A DNA stretch of 64,000 nt from Auanema rhodensis (taxonomy: Eukaryota; Animalia; Nematoda). The notes under the pieces were generated by a model. The model did not search any database. It saw nothing but the letters and a program-made list of their open reading frames with translations, and was not told where the DNA came from. Both the position numbers and the translations under genes were made by a program. Location of the stretch: assembly GCA_964057225.1 (NCBI GenBank), contig OZ059900.1:14322001-14386000 (forward strand). The letters run 5' to 3'. Below, in pieces: positions 50,501-64,000 of the stretch (position 1 is the stretch's first letter; each line of letters starts with the position of its first letter).

Positions 50501-53500
50501 CGCGGATACTCACCACTATACTACCGAGGATTGAATTTGCACTTAGAAACTTTCATTGAGAGTGTGAGTTTGAATTAAAGTAGAAAAATGAAACACTGTC
50601 TCTAAGATATCTTGATTTATGGCCTATTTTACTCAAAGGGCTAATTGAAGTTTGGTGTTAAAATGAACAATTGATTAAAGCTGACGTTCCGTTTTTTTTC
50701 ATCGTAATTGAGATAGAACTTTTAAATTAAATAGAAATGTTTGAAAATTTAGAAAAAAACACAAGCTCAAATCACTTTTGAAAAAACAGAAAGTTTAAAA
50801 CAACCTTTTTTCTAATAATTATCGTTTTTATCCGACTTTTTGAAGAAAACAAAAATAGCATAACATTCAATAACGATCAATCAGAACAAAAACATTCTCC
50901 CCGGCCGGGAATTGAACCCGGGTCTCGCATGTGACAGACGCGGATACTCACCACTATACTACCGAGGATTGAGTTTGCACTTAGAAACTTTCATTAAGAG
51001 TGTGAGTTTGAATTATAGTAGAAAAATGAAACACTGTCTCTAACATATCTTGATTTATGGCCTACTTTACTCAAAGAGCTAATTGAAGTTTGGTGTTAAA
51101 ATGAACAATTGATTAAAGCTGACGTTCCGTTTTTTTTCATCGTAATTGAGATAGAACTTTTAAATTAAATAGAAATGTTTGAAAATTTAGAAAAAAACAC
51201 AAGCTCAAATCACTTTTGAAAAAACAGAAAGTTTAAAACAACCTTTTTTCTAATAATTATCGTTTTTATCCGACTTTTTGAAGAAAACAAAAATAGCATA
51301 ACATTCAATAACGATGAATCAGAACAAAAACATTCTCCCCGGCCGCGAATTGAACCCGGGTCTCGCATGTGACAGTCGCGGATACTCACGACTATACTAC
51401 CGAGGATTGAATTTGCACTTAGAAACTTTCATTAAGAGTGTGAGTTTGAATTAAAGTAGAAAAATGAGACACTGTCTCTAACATATCTTGATTTGTGGCC
51501 TACTTTACTCAAAGAGCTAATTGAAGTTTGGTCTTAAAATGAACAATTGATTAAAGCTGACGTTCCGTTTTTTTTCATCGTAATTGAGATAGAACATTTA
51601 AATTAAATGGAAATGTTTAACAATTTAGAAAAAAAACACAAGCTCAAATCACTTTTGAAAAAACAGAAAGTTTAAAACAACCTTTTTTCTAATAATTATC
51701 TTTTTTATCCGACTTTTGGAAAAAAACAAAAATAGCATAACATTCAATAACGATGAATCAGAACAAAAACATTCTCCCCGGCCGGGAATTGAACCCGGGT
51801 CTCGCATGTGACAGACGCGGATACTCACCACTATACTACCGAGGATTGAATTTGCACTTAGAAACTTTCATTGAGAGTGTGAGTTTGAATTAAAGTAGAA
51901 AAATGAAACACTGTCTCTAAGATATCTTGATTTATGGCCTACTTTACTCAAAGAGCTAATTGAAGTTTGGTGTTAGAATGAACAATTGATTAAAGCTGAC
52001 GTTTCAATTTTTTTCATCGTAATTGAGATAGAACATTTAAATTAAATGGAAATGTTTAACAATTTAGAAAAAAAACACAAGCTCAAATCATTTTTGAAAA
52101 AACAGAAAGTTTAAAACAACCTTTTTTCTAATAATTATCTTTTTTATCCGACTTTTGGAAAGAAACAAAAATAGCATAACATTCAATAACGATGAATCAG
52201 AACAAAAACATTCTCCCCGGCCGGGAATTGAACCCGGGTCTCGCATGTGACAGACGCGGATACTCACCACTATACTACCGAGGATTAAGTTTGCACTTAG
52301 AAACTTTCATTAAGAGTGTGAGTTTGAATTATAGTAGAAAAATGAAACACTGTCTCTAAGATATCTTGATTTATGGCCTACTTTACTCAAAGAGCTAATT
52401 GAAGTTTGGTGTTAAAATGAACAATTGATTAAAGCTGACGTTCCGTTTTTTTTCATCGTAATTGAGATAGAACATTTAAATTAAATAGAAATGTTTAAAA
52501 ATTTAGAAAAAAACACAAGCTCAAATCACTTTTGAAAAAACAGAAAGTTTAAAACAACCTTTTTTCTAAAAATTATCGTTTTTATCCGACTTTTCGAAGA
52601 AAACAAAAATAGCATAACATTCAATAACGATGAATCAGAACAAAAACATTCTCCCCGGCCGGGAATTGAACCCGGGTCTCGCATGTGACAGACGCGGATA
52701 CTCACCACTATACTACCGAGGATTGAGTTTGCACTTAGAAACTTTCATTAAGAGTGTGAGTTTGAATTATAGTAGAAAAATGAAACACTGTCTCTAACAT
52801 ATCTTGATTTATGGCCTACTTTACTCAAAGAGCTAATTGAAGTTTGGTGTTAAAATGAACAATTGATTAAAGCTGACGTTCCGTTTTTTTTCATCGTAAT
52901 TGAGATAGAACATTTAAATTAAATAGAAATGTTTGAAAATTTAGAAAAAAACACAAGCTCAAATCACTTTTGAAAAAACAGAAAGTTTAAAACAACCTTT
53001 TTTCTAATAATTATCGTTTTTATCCGACTTTTTGAAGAAAACAAAAATAGCATAACATTCAATAACGATGAATCAGAACAAAAACATTCTCCCCGGCCGG
53101 GAATTGAACCCGGGTCTCGCATGTGACAGACGCGGATACTCACCACTATACTACCGAGGATTGAATTTGCACTTAGAAACTTTCATTAAGAGTGTGAGTT
53201 TGAAATATAGTAGAAAAATGAAACACTGTCTCTAACATATCTTGATTTATGGCCTACTTTACTCAAAGAGCTAATTGAAGTTTGGTGTTAAAATGAACAA
53301 TTGATTAAAGCTGACGTTCCGTTTTTTTTCATCGTAATTGAGATAGAACATTTAAATTAAATAGAAATGTTTGAAAATTTAGAAAAAAACACAAGCTCAA
53401 ATCACTTTTGAAAAAACAGAAAGTTTAAAACAACCTTTTTTCTAATAATTATCGTTTTTATCCGACTTTTTGAAGAAAACAAAAATAGCATAACATTCAA

Positions 53501-56500
53501 TAACGATGAATCAGAACAAAAACATTCTCCCCGGCCGCGAATTGAACCCGGGTCTCGCATGTGACAGTCGCGGATACTCACGACTATACTACCGAGGATT
53601 GAATTTGCACTTAGAAACTTTCATTAAGAGTGTGAGTTTGAATTAAAGTAGAAAAATGAGACACTGTCTCTAACATATCTTGATTTATGGCCTACTTTAC
53701 TCAAAGAGCTAATTGAAGTTTGGTCTTAAAATGAACAATTGATTAAAGCTGACGTTCCGTTTTTTTTCATCGTAATTGAGATAGAACATTTAAATTAAAT
53801 GGAAATGTTTAACAATTTAGAAAAAAAACACAAGCTCAAATCACTTTTGAAAAAACAGAAAGTTTAAAACAACCTTTTTTCTAATAATTATCTTTTTTAT
53901 CCGACTTTTGGAAAAAAACAAAAATAGCATAACATTCAATAACGATGAATCAGAACAAAAACATTCTCCCCGGCCGGGAATTGAACCCGGGTCTCGCATG
54001 TGACAGACGCGGATACTCACCACTATACTACCGAGGATTGAATTTGCACTTAGAAACTTTCATTGAGAGTGTGAGTTTGAATTAAAGTAGAAAAATGAAA
54101 CACTGTCTCTAAGATATCTTGATTTATGGCCTACTTTACTCAAAGAGCTAATTGAAGTTTGGTGTTAGAATGAACAATTGATTAAAGCTGACGTTTCAAT
54201 TTTTTTCATCGTAATTGAGATAGAACATTTAAATTAAATGGAAATGTTTAACAATTTAGAAAAAAAACACAAGCTCAAATCATTTTTGAAAAAACAGAAA
54301 GTTTAAAACAACCTTTTTTCTAATAATTATCTTTTTTATCCGACTTTTGGAAAGAAACAAAAATAGCATAACATTCAATAACGATGAATCAGAACAAAAA
54401 CATTCTTCCCGGCCGGGAATTGAACCCGGGTCTCGCATGTGACAGACGCGGATACTCACCACTATACTACCGAGGATTAAGTTTGCACTTAGAAACTTTC
54501 ATTAAGAGTGTGAGTTTGAAATATAGTAGAAAAATGAAACACTGTCTCTAAGATATCTTGATTTATGGCCTACTTTACTCAAAGAGCTAATTGAAGTTTG
54601 GTGTTAAAATGAACAATTGATTAAAGCTGACGTTCCGTTTTTTTTCATCGTAATTGAGATAGAACATTTAAATTAAATAGAAATGTTTGAAAATTTAGAA
54701 AAAAACACAAGCTCAAATCACTTTTGAAAAAACAGAAAGTTTAAAACAACCTTTTTTCTAATAATTATCGTTTTTATCCGACTTTTTGAAGAAAACAAAA
54801 ATAGCATAACATTCAATAACGATGAATCAGAACAAAAACATTCTCCCCGGCCGCGAATTGAACCCGGGTCTCGCATGTGACAGTCGCGGATACTCACGAC
54901 TATACTACCGAGGATTGAATTTGCACTTAGAAACTTTCATTAAGAGTGTGAGTTTGAATTAAAGTAGAAAAATGAGACACTGTCTCTAACATATCTTGAT
55001 TTATGGCCTACTTTACTCAAAGAGCTAATTGAAGTTTGGTCTTAAAATGAACAATTGATTAAAGCTGACGTTCCGTTTTTTTTCATCGTAATTGAGATAG
55101 AACATTTAAATTAAATGGAAATGTTTAACAATTTAGAAAAAAAACACAAGCTCAAATCACTTTTGAAAAAACAGAAAGTTTAAAACAACCTTTTTTCTAA
55201 TAATTATCTTTTTTATCCGACTTTTGGAAAAAAACAAAAATAGCATAACATTCAATAACGATGAATCAGAACAAAAACATTCTCCCCGGCCGGGAATTGA
55301 ACCCGGGTCTCGCATGTGACAGACGCGGATACTCACCACTATACTACCGAGGATTGAATTTGCACTTAGAAACTTTCATTGAGAGTGTGAGTTTGAATTA
55401 AAGTAGAAAAATGAAACACTGTCTCTAAGATATCTTGATTTATGGCCTACTTTACTCAAAGAGCTAATTGAAGTTTGGTGTTAGAATGAACAATTGATTA
55501 AAGCTGACGTTTCAATTTTTTTCATCGTAATTGAGATAGAACATTTAAATTAAATGGAAATGTTTAACAATTTAGAAAAAAAACACAAGCTCAAATCATT
55601 TTTGAAAAAACAGAAAGTTTAAAACAACCTTTTTTCTAATAATTATCTTTTTTATCCGACTTTTGGAAAGAAACAAAAATAGCATAACATTCAATAACGA
55701 TGAATCAGAACAAAAACATTCTTCCCGGCCGGGAATTGAACCCGGGTCTCGCATGTGACAGACGCGGATACTCACCACTATACTACCGAGGATTAAGTTT
55801 GCACTTAGAAACTTTCATTAAGAGTGTGAGTTTGAATTATAGTAGAAAAATGAAACACTGTCTCTAAGATATCTTGATTTATGGCCTACTTTACTCAAAG
55901 AGCTAATTGAAGTTTGGTGTTAAAATGAACAATTGATTAAAGCTGACGTTCCGTTTTTTTTCATCGTAATTGAGATAGAACATTTAAATTAAATAGAAAT
56001 GTTTAAAAATTTAGAAAAAAACACAAGCTCAAATCACTTTTGAAAAAACAGAAAGTTTAAAACAACCTTTTTTCTAAAAATTATCGTTTTTATCCGACTT
56101 TTCGAAGAAAACAAAAATAGCATAACATTCAATAACGATGAATCAGAACAAAAACATTCTCCCCGGCCGGGAATTGAACCCGGGTCTCGCATGTGACAGA
56201 CGCGGATAATCACCACTATACTACCGAGGATTGAGTTTGCACTTAGAAACTTTCATTAAGAGTGTGAGTTTGAATTATAGTAGAAAAATGAAACACTGTC
56301 TCTAACATATCTTGATTTATGGCCTACTTTACTCAAAGAGCTAATTGAAGTTTGGTGTTAAAATGAACAATTGATTAAAGCTGACGTTCCGTTTTTTTTC
56401 ATCGTAATTGAGATAGAACATTTAAATTAAATAGAAATGTTTGAAAATTTAGAAAAAAACACAAGCTCAAATCACTTTTGAAAAAACAGAAAGTTTAAAA

Positions 56501-59500
56501 CAACCTTTTTTCTAATAATTATCGTTTTTATCCGACTTTTTGAAGAAAACAAAAATAGCATAACATTCAATAACGATGAATCAGAACAAAAACATTCTCC
56601 CCGGCCGGGAATTGAACCCGGGTCTCGCATGTGACAGACGCGGATACTCACCACTATACTACCGAGGATTGAATTTGCACTTAGAAACTTTCATTAAGAG
56701 TGTGAGTTTGAAATATAGTAGAAAAATGAAACACTGTCTCTAACATATCTTGATTTATGGCCTACTTTACTCAAAGAGCTAATTGAAGTTTGGTGTTAAA
56801 ATGAACAATTGATTAAAGCTGACGTTCCGTTTTTTTTCATCGTAATTGAGATAGAACATTTAAATTAAATAGAAATGTTTGAAAATTTAGAAAAAAACAC
56901 AAGCTCAAATCACTTTTGAAAAAACAGAAAGTTTAAAACAACCTTTTTTCTAATAATTATCGTTTTTATCCGACTTTTTGAAGAAAACAAAAATAGCATA
57001 ACATTCAATAACGATCAATCAGAACAAAAACATTCTCCCCGGCCGGGAATTGAACCCGGGTCTCGCATGTGACAGACGCGGATACTCACCACTATACTAC
57101 CGAGGATTGAATTTGCACTTAGAAACTTTCATTGAGAGTGTGAGTTTGAATTAAAGTAGAAAAATGAAACACTGTCTCTAAGATATCTTGATTTATGGCC
57201 TACTTTACTCAAAGAGCTAATTGAAGTTTGGTGTTAGAATGAACAATTGATTAAAGCTGACGTTTCAATTTTTTTCATCGTAATTGAGATAGAACATTTT
57301 AATTAAATGGAAATGTTTAACAATTTAGAAAAAAAACACAAGCTCAAATCATTTTTGAAAAAACAGAAAGTTTAAAACAACCTTTTTTCTAATAATTATC
57401 TTTTTTATCCGACTTTTGGAAAGAAACAAAAATAGCATAACATTCAATAACGATGAATCAGAACAAAAACATTCTCCCCGGCCGGGAATTGAACCCGGGT
57501 CTCGCATGTGACAGACGCGGATACTCACCACTATACTACCGAGGATTAAGTTTGCACTTAGAAACTTTCATTAAGAGTGTGAGTTTGAATTATAGTAGAA
57601 AAATGAAACACTGTCTCTAAGATATCTTGATTTATGGCCTACTTTACTCAAAGAGCTAATTGAAGTTTGGTGTTAAAATGAACAATTGATTAAAGCTGAC
57701 GTTCCGTTTTTTTTCATCGTAATTGAGATAGAACATTTAAATTAAATAGAAATGTTTAAAAATTTAGAAAAAAACACAAGCTCAAATCACTTTTGAAAAA
57801 ACAGAAAGTTTAAAACAACCTTTTTTCTAAAAATTATCGTTTTTATCCGACTTTTCGAAGAAAACAAAAATAGCATAACATTCAATAACGATGAATCAGA
57901 ACAAAAACATTCTCCCCGGCCGGGAATTGAACCCGGGTCTCGCATGTGACAGACGCGGATACTCACCACTATACTACCGAGGATTGAGTTTGCACTTAGA
58001 AACTTTCATTAAGAGTGTGAGTTTGAATTATAGTAGAAAAATGAAACACTGTCTCTAACATATCTTGATTTATGGCCTACTTTACTCAAAGAGCTAATTG
58101 AAGTTTGGTGTTAAAATGAACAATTGATTAAAGCTGACGTTCCGTTTTTTTTCATCGTAATTGAGATAGAACATTTAAATTAAATAGAAATGTTTGAAAA
58201 TTTAGAAAAAAACACAAGCTCAAATCACTTTTGAAAAAACAGAAAGTTTAAAACAACCTTTTTTCTAATAATTATCGTTTTTATCCGACTTTTTGAAGAA
58301 AACAAAAATAGCATAACATTCAATAACGATGAATCAGAACAAAAACATTCTCCCCGGCCGGGAATTGAACCCGGGTCTCGCATGTGACAGACGCGGATAC
58401 TCACCACTATACTACCGAGGATTGAATTTGCACTTAGAAACTTTCATTAAGAGTGTGAGTTTGAAATATAGTAGAAAAATGAAACACTGTCTCTAACATA
58501 TCTTGATTTATGGCCTACTTTACTCAAAGAGCTAATTGAAGTTTGGTGTTAAAATGAACAATTGATTAAAGCTGACGTTCCGTTTTTTTTCATCGTAATT
58601 GAGATAGAACATTTAAATTAAATAGAAATGTTTGAAAATTTAGAAAAAAACACAAGCTCAAATCACTTTTGAAAAAACAGAAAGTTTAAAACAACCTTTT
58701 TTCTAATAATTATCGTTTTTATCCGACTTTTTGAAGAAAACAAAAATAGCATAACATTCAATAACGATCAATCAGAACAAAAACATTCTCCCCGGCCGGG
58801 AATTGAACCCGGGTCTCGCATGTGACAGACGCGGATACTCACCACTATACTACCGAGGATTGAGTTTGCACTTAGAAACTTTCATTAAGAGTGTGAGTTT
58901 GAATTATAGTAGAAAAATGAAACACTGTCTCTAACATATCTTGATTTATGGCCTACTTTACTCAAAGAGCTAATTGAAGTTTGGTGTTAAAATGAACAAT
59001 TGATTAAAGCTGACGTTCCGTTTTTTTTCATCGTAATTGAGATAGAACATTTAAATTAAATAGAAATGTTTGAAAATTTAGAAAAAAACACAAGCTCAAA
59101 TCACTTTTGAAAAAACAGAAAGTTTAAAACAAACTTTTTTCTAATAATTATCGTTTTTATCCGACTTTTTGAAGAAAACAAAAATAGCATAACATTCAAT
59201 AACGATCAATCAGAACAAAAACATTCTCCCCGGCCGGGAATTGAACCCGGGTCTCGCATGTGACAGACGCGGATACTCACCACTATACTACCGAGGATTG
59301 AGTTTGCACTTAGAAACTTTCATTAAGAGTGTGAGTTTGAATTATAGTAGAAAAATGAAACACTGTCTCTAACATATCTTGATTTATGGCCTATTTTACT
59401 CAAAGAGCTAATTGAAGTTTGGTGTTAAAATGAACAATTGATTAAAGCTGACGTTCCGTTTTTTTTCATCGTAATTGAGATAGAACATTTAAATTAAATG

Positions 59501-62500
59501 GAAATGTTTAACAATTTAGAAAAAAAACACAAGCTCAAATCATTTTTGAAAAAACAGAAAGTTTAAAACAACCTTTTTTCTAATAATTATCTTTTTTATC
59601 CGACTTTTGGAAAGAAACAAAAATAGCATAACATTCAATAACGATGAATCAGAACAAAAACATTCTCCCCGGCCGCGAATTGAACCCGGGTCTCGCATGT
59701 GACAGTCGCGGATACTCACCACTATACTACCGAGGATTGAATTTGCACTTAGAAACTTTCATTAAGAGTGTGAGTTTGAAATATAGTAGAAAAATGAAAC
59801 ACTGTCTCTAACATATCTTGATTTATGGCCTACTTTACTCAAAGAGCTAATTGAAGTTTGGTGTTAAAATGAACAATTGATTAAAGCTGACGTTCCGTTT
59901 TTTTTCATCGTAATTGAGATAGAACATTTAAATTAAATAGAAATGTTTGAAAATTTAGAAAAAAACACAAGCTCAAATCACTTTTGAAAAAACAGAAAGT
60001 TTAAAACAACCTTTTTTCTAATAATTATCGTTTTTATCCGACTTTTTGAAGAAAACAAAAATAGCATAACATTCAATAACGATCAATCAGAACAAAAACA
60101 TTCTCCCCGGCCGGGAATTGAACCCGGGTCTCGCATGTGACAGACGCGGATACTCACCACTATACTACCGAGGATTGAGTTTGCACTTAGAAACTTTCAT
60201 TAAGAGTGTGAGTTTGAATTATAGTAGAAAAATGAAACACTGTCTCTAACATATCTTGATTTATGGCCTACTTTACTCAAAGAGCTAATTGAAGTTTGGT
60301 GTTAAAATGAACAATTGATTAAAGCTGACGTTCCGTTTTTTTTCATCGTAATTGAGATAGAACATTTAAATTAAATAGAAATGTTTGAAAATTTAGAAAA
60401 AAACACAAGCTCAAATCACTTTTGAAAAAACAGAAAGTTTAAAACAAACTTTTTTCTAATAATTATCGTTTTTATCCGACTTTTTGAAGAAAACAAAAAT
60501 AGCATAACATTCAATAACGATCAATCAGAACAAAAACATTCTCCCCGGCCGGGAATTGAACCCGGGTCTCGCATGTGACAGACGCGGATACTCACCACTA
60601 TACTACCGAGGATTGAGTTTGCACTTAGAAACTTTCATTAAGAGTGTGAGTTTGAATTATAGTAGAAAAATGAAACACTGTCTCTAACATATCTTGATTT
60701 ATGGCCTATTTTACTCAAAGAGCTAATTGAAGTTTGGTGTTAAAATGAACAATTGATTAAAGCTGACGTTCCGTTTTTTTTCATCGTAATTGAGATAGAA
60801 CATTTAAATTAAATGGAAATGTTTAACAATTCAGAAAAAAAACACAAGCTCAAATCATTTTTGAAAAAACAGAAAGTTTAAAACAACCTTTTTTCTAATA
60901 ATTATCTTTTTTATCCGACTTTTGGAAAGAAACAAAAATAGCATAACATTCAATAACGATGAATCAGAACAAAAACATTCTCCCCGGCCGCGAATTGAAC
61001 CCGGGTCTCGCATGTGACAGTCGCGGATACTCACGACTATACTACCGAGGATTGAATTTGCACTTAGAAACTTTCATTAAGAGTGTGAGTTTGAATTAAA
61101 GTAGAAAAATGAGACACTGTCTCTAACATATCTTGATTTATGGCCTACTTTACTCAAAGAGCTAATTGAAGTTTGGTCTTAAAATGAACAATTGATTAAT
61201 GCTGACGTTTCAATTTTTTTCATCGTAATTGAGATAGAACATTTAAATTAAATGGAAATGTTTAACAATTTAGAAAAAAAACACAAGCTCAAATCACTTT
61301 TGAAAAAACAGAAAGTTTAAAACAACCTTTTTTCTAATAATTATCTTTTTTATCCGACTTTTGGAAAAAAACAAAAATAGCATAACATTCAATAACGATG
61401 AATCAGAACAAAAACATTCTCCCCGGCCGGGAATTGAACCCGGGTCTCGCATGTGACAGACGCGGATACTCACCACTATACTACCGAGGATTGAATTTGC
61501 ACTTAGAAACTTTCATTGAGAGTGTGAGTTTGAATTAAAGTAGAAAAATGAAACACTGTCTCTAAGATATCTTGATTTATGGCCTACTTTACTCAAAGAG
61601 CTAATTGAAGTTTGGTGTTAGAATGAACAATTGATTAAAGCTGACGTTTCAATTTTTTTCATCGTAATTGAGATAGAACATTTAAATTAAATGGAAATGT
61701 TTAACAATTTAGAAAAAAAACACAAGCTCAAATCATTTTTGAAAAAACAGAAAGTTTAAAACAACCTTTTTTCTAATAATTATCTTTTTTATCCGACTTT
61801 TGGAAAGAAACAAAAATAGCATAACATTCAATAACGATGAATCAGAACAAAAACATTCTCCCCGGCCGGGAATTGAACCCGGGTCTCGCATGTGACAGAC
61901 GCGGATACTCACCACTATACTACCGAGGATTAAGTTTGCACTTAGAAACTTTCATTAAGAGTGTGAGTTTGAATTATAGTAGAAAAATGAAACACTGTCT
62001 CTAAGATATCTTGATTTATGGCCTACTTTACTCAAAGAGCTAATTGAAGTTTGGTGTTAAAATGAACAATTGATTAAAGCTGACGTTCCGTTTTTTTTCA
62101 TCGTAATTGAGATAGAACATTTAAATTAAATAGAAATGTTTAAAAATTTAGAAAAAAACACAAGCTCAAATCACTTTTGAAAAAACAGAAAGTTTAAAAC
62201 AACCTTTTTTCTAAAAATTATCGTTTTTATCCGACTTTTCGAAGAAAACAAAAATAGCATAACATTCAATAACGATGAATCAGAACAAAAACATTCTCCC
62301 CGGCCGGGAATTGAACCCGGGTCTCGCATGTGACAGACGCGGATACTCACCACTATACTACCGAGGATTGAGTTTGCACTTAGAAACTTTCATTAAGAGT
62401 GTGAGTTTGAATTATAGTAGAAAAATGAAACACTGTCTCTAACATATCTTGATTTATGGCCTACTTTACTCAAAGAGCTAATTGAAGTTTGGTGTTAAAA

Positions 62501-63681
62501 TGAACAATTGATTAAAGCTGACGTTCCGTTTTTTTTCATCGTAATTGAGATAGAACATTTAAATTAAATAGAAATGTTTGAAAATTTAGAAAAAAACACA
62601 AGCTCAAATCACTTTTGAAAAAACAGAAAGTTTAAAACAACCTTTTTTCTAATAATTATCGTTTTTATCCGACTTTTTGAAGAAAACAAAAATAGCATAA
62701 CATTCAATAACGATGAATCAGAACAAACACATTCTCCCCGGCCGGGAATTGAACCCGGGTCTCGCATGTGACAGACGCGGATACTCACCACTATACTACC
62801 GAGGATTGAGTTTGCACTTAGAAACTTTCATTAAGAGTGTGAGTTTGAATTATAGTAGAAAAATGAAACACTGTCTCTAACATATCTTGATTTATGGCCT
62901 ACTTTACTCAAAGAGCTAATTGAAGTTTGGTGTTAAAATGAACAATTGATTAAAGCTGACGTTCCGTTTTTTTTCATCGTAATTGAGATAGAACATTTAA
63001 ATTAAATAGAAATGTTTGAAAATTTAGAAAAAAACACAAGCTCAAATCACTTTTGAAAAAACAGAAAGTTTAAAACAACCTTTTTTCTAATAATTATCGT
63101 TTTTATCCGACTTTTTGAAGAAAACAAAAATAGCATAACATTCAATAACGATGAATCAGAACAAACACATTCTCCCCGGCCGGGAATTGAACCCGGGTCT
63201 CGCATGTGACAGACGCGGATACTCACCACTATACTACCGAGGATTGAGTTTGCACTTAGAAACTTTCATTAAGAGTGTGAGTTTGAATTATAGTAGAAAA
63301 ATGAAACACTGTCTCTAACATATCTTGATTTATGGCCTACTTTACTCAAAGAGCTAATTGAAGTTTGGTGTTAAAATGAACAATTGATTAAAGCTGACGT
63401 TCCGTTTTTTTTCATCGTAATTGAGATAGAACATTTAAATTAAATAGAAATGTTTGAAAATTTAGAAAAAAACACAAGCTCAAATCACTTTTGAAAAAAC
63501 AGAAAGTTTAAAACAACCTTTTTTCTAATAATTATCGTTTTTATCCGACTTTTTGAAGAAAACAAAAATAGCATAACATTCAATAACGATCAATCAGAAC
63601 AAAAACATTCTCCCCGGCCGGGAATTGAACCCGGGTCTCGCATGTGACAGACGCGGATACTCACCACTATACTACCGAGGA
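35545..63681 (-). tRNA. Block of ~65 tandem tRNA-Asp(GTC) genes (first 35545-35616, last 63610-63681); a minority are variants or likely pseudogenes
   Basis: Same 72-mer every ~438.5 bp. Confidence 0.95.
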
Positions 63682-64000
63682 TTGAGTTTGCACTTAGAAA
63701 CTTTCATTAAGAGTGTGAGTTTGAATTATAGTAGAAAAATGAAACACTGTCTCTAACATATCTTGATTTATGGCCTATTTTACTCAAAGAGCTAATTGAA
63801 GTTTGGTGTTAAAATGAACAATTGATTAAAGCTGACGTTCCGTTTTTTTTCATCGTAATTGAGATAGAACATTTAAATTAAATGGAAATGTTTAACAATT
63901 TAGAAAAAAACACAAGCTCAAATCATTTTTGAAAAAACAGAAAGTTTAAAACAACCTTTTTTCTAATAATTATCTTTTTTATCCGACTTTTGGAAAGAAA

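Larger units (their letters stand above)
5799..64000 (-). repeat. Tandem array of 438-439 bp units, each with one tRNA-Asp(GTC) gene (~105 copies), interrupted at 7240-10468 and 26339-35243
   Basis: Near-identical unit recurring at 437-440 bp spacing; 4 + 36 + 65 copies estimated from first and last tRNA positions; continues beyond the window end. Confidence 0.98.

Noticed and set aside
6169-63229. The many 60-aa MVSIRVCHMRDPG.. ORFs, one per repeat unit (and the 22081-22284 antisense ORF)
   Set aside because: They start at a GTG inside the tRNA D loop and read through the tRNA and T-rich trailer; artefact of the repeat with no coding signature.
5799-64000. CRISPR-like regular repeat
   Set aside because: The whole 438-bp unit repeats, there are no unique spacers or cas genes, and the context is eukaryotic.

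Overview
Eukaryotic, very AT-rich DNA, almost certainly from a nematode: the tRNA-Asp matches the C. elegans-type sequence as I recall it, and introns are short with TTTCAG-type acceptors. The backbone is a tandem array of a 438-439 bp unit, each carrying one minus-strand tRNA-Asp(GTC) gene with a T5 Pol III terminator. About 105 copies (estimated from spacing) lie between 5799 and the window end. Three mobile elements interrupt the array. (1) 1-5798, minus, truncated by the window: a Ty3/gypsy-type LTR element whose capsid Gag is fused in frame, via an internal signal peptide and with no intervening pol, to a class III (herpes gB / rhabdovirus G-like) envelope. The envelope has a ~420-aa mucin-containing insert and one in-frame UGA. 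The ORF track misses the 702 open codons after that UGA. (2) 7240-10468: a Mutator/MULE DNA transposon (13-bp TIRs, 9-bp TSD, multi-intron DDE transposase) inserted inside a tRNA gene, whose end almost rebuilds the tRNA acceptor stem. (3) 26339-35243, minus: an intact, very young BEL/Pao element with identical 300-bp LTRs, a 5-bp TSD and a tRNA-Gly PBS. It encodes a 2637-aa Gag-Pol-Env with a phlebovirus-like Gc, a vestigial Gn and an atypical fusion loop, and its LTR carries a second tRNA-Gly-complementary site. The array shows higher-order duplication structure and recurrent tRNA variants. The many 60-aa ORFs are artefacts of the repeat.
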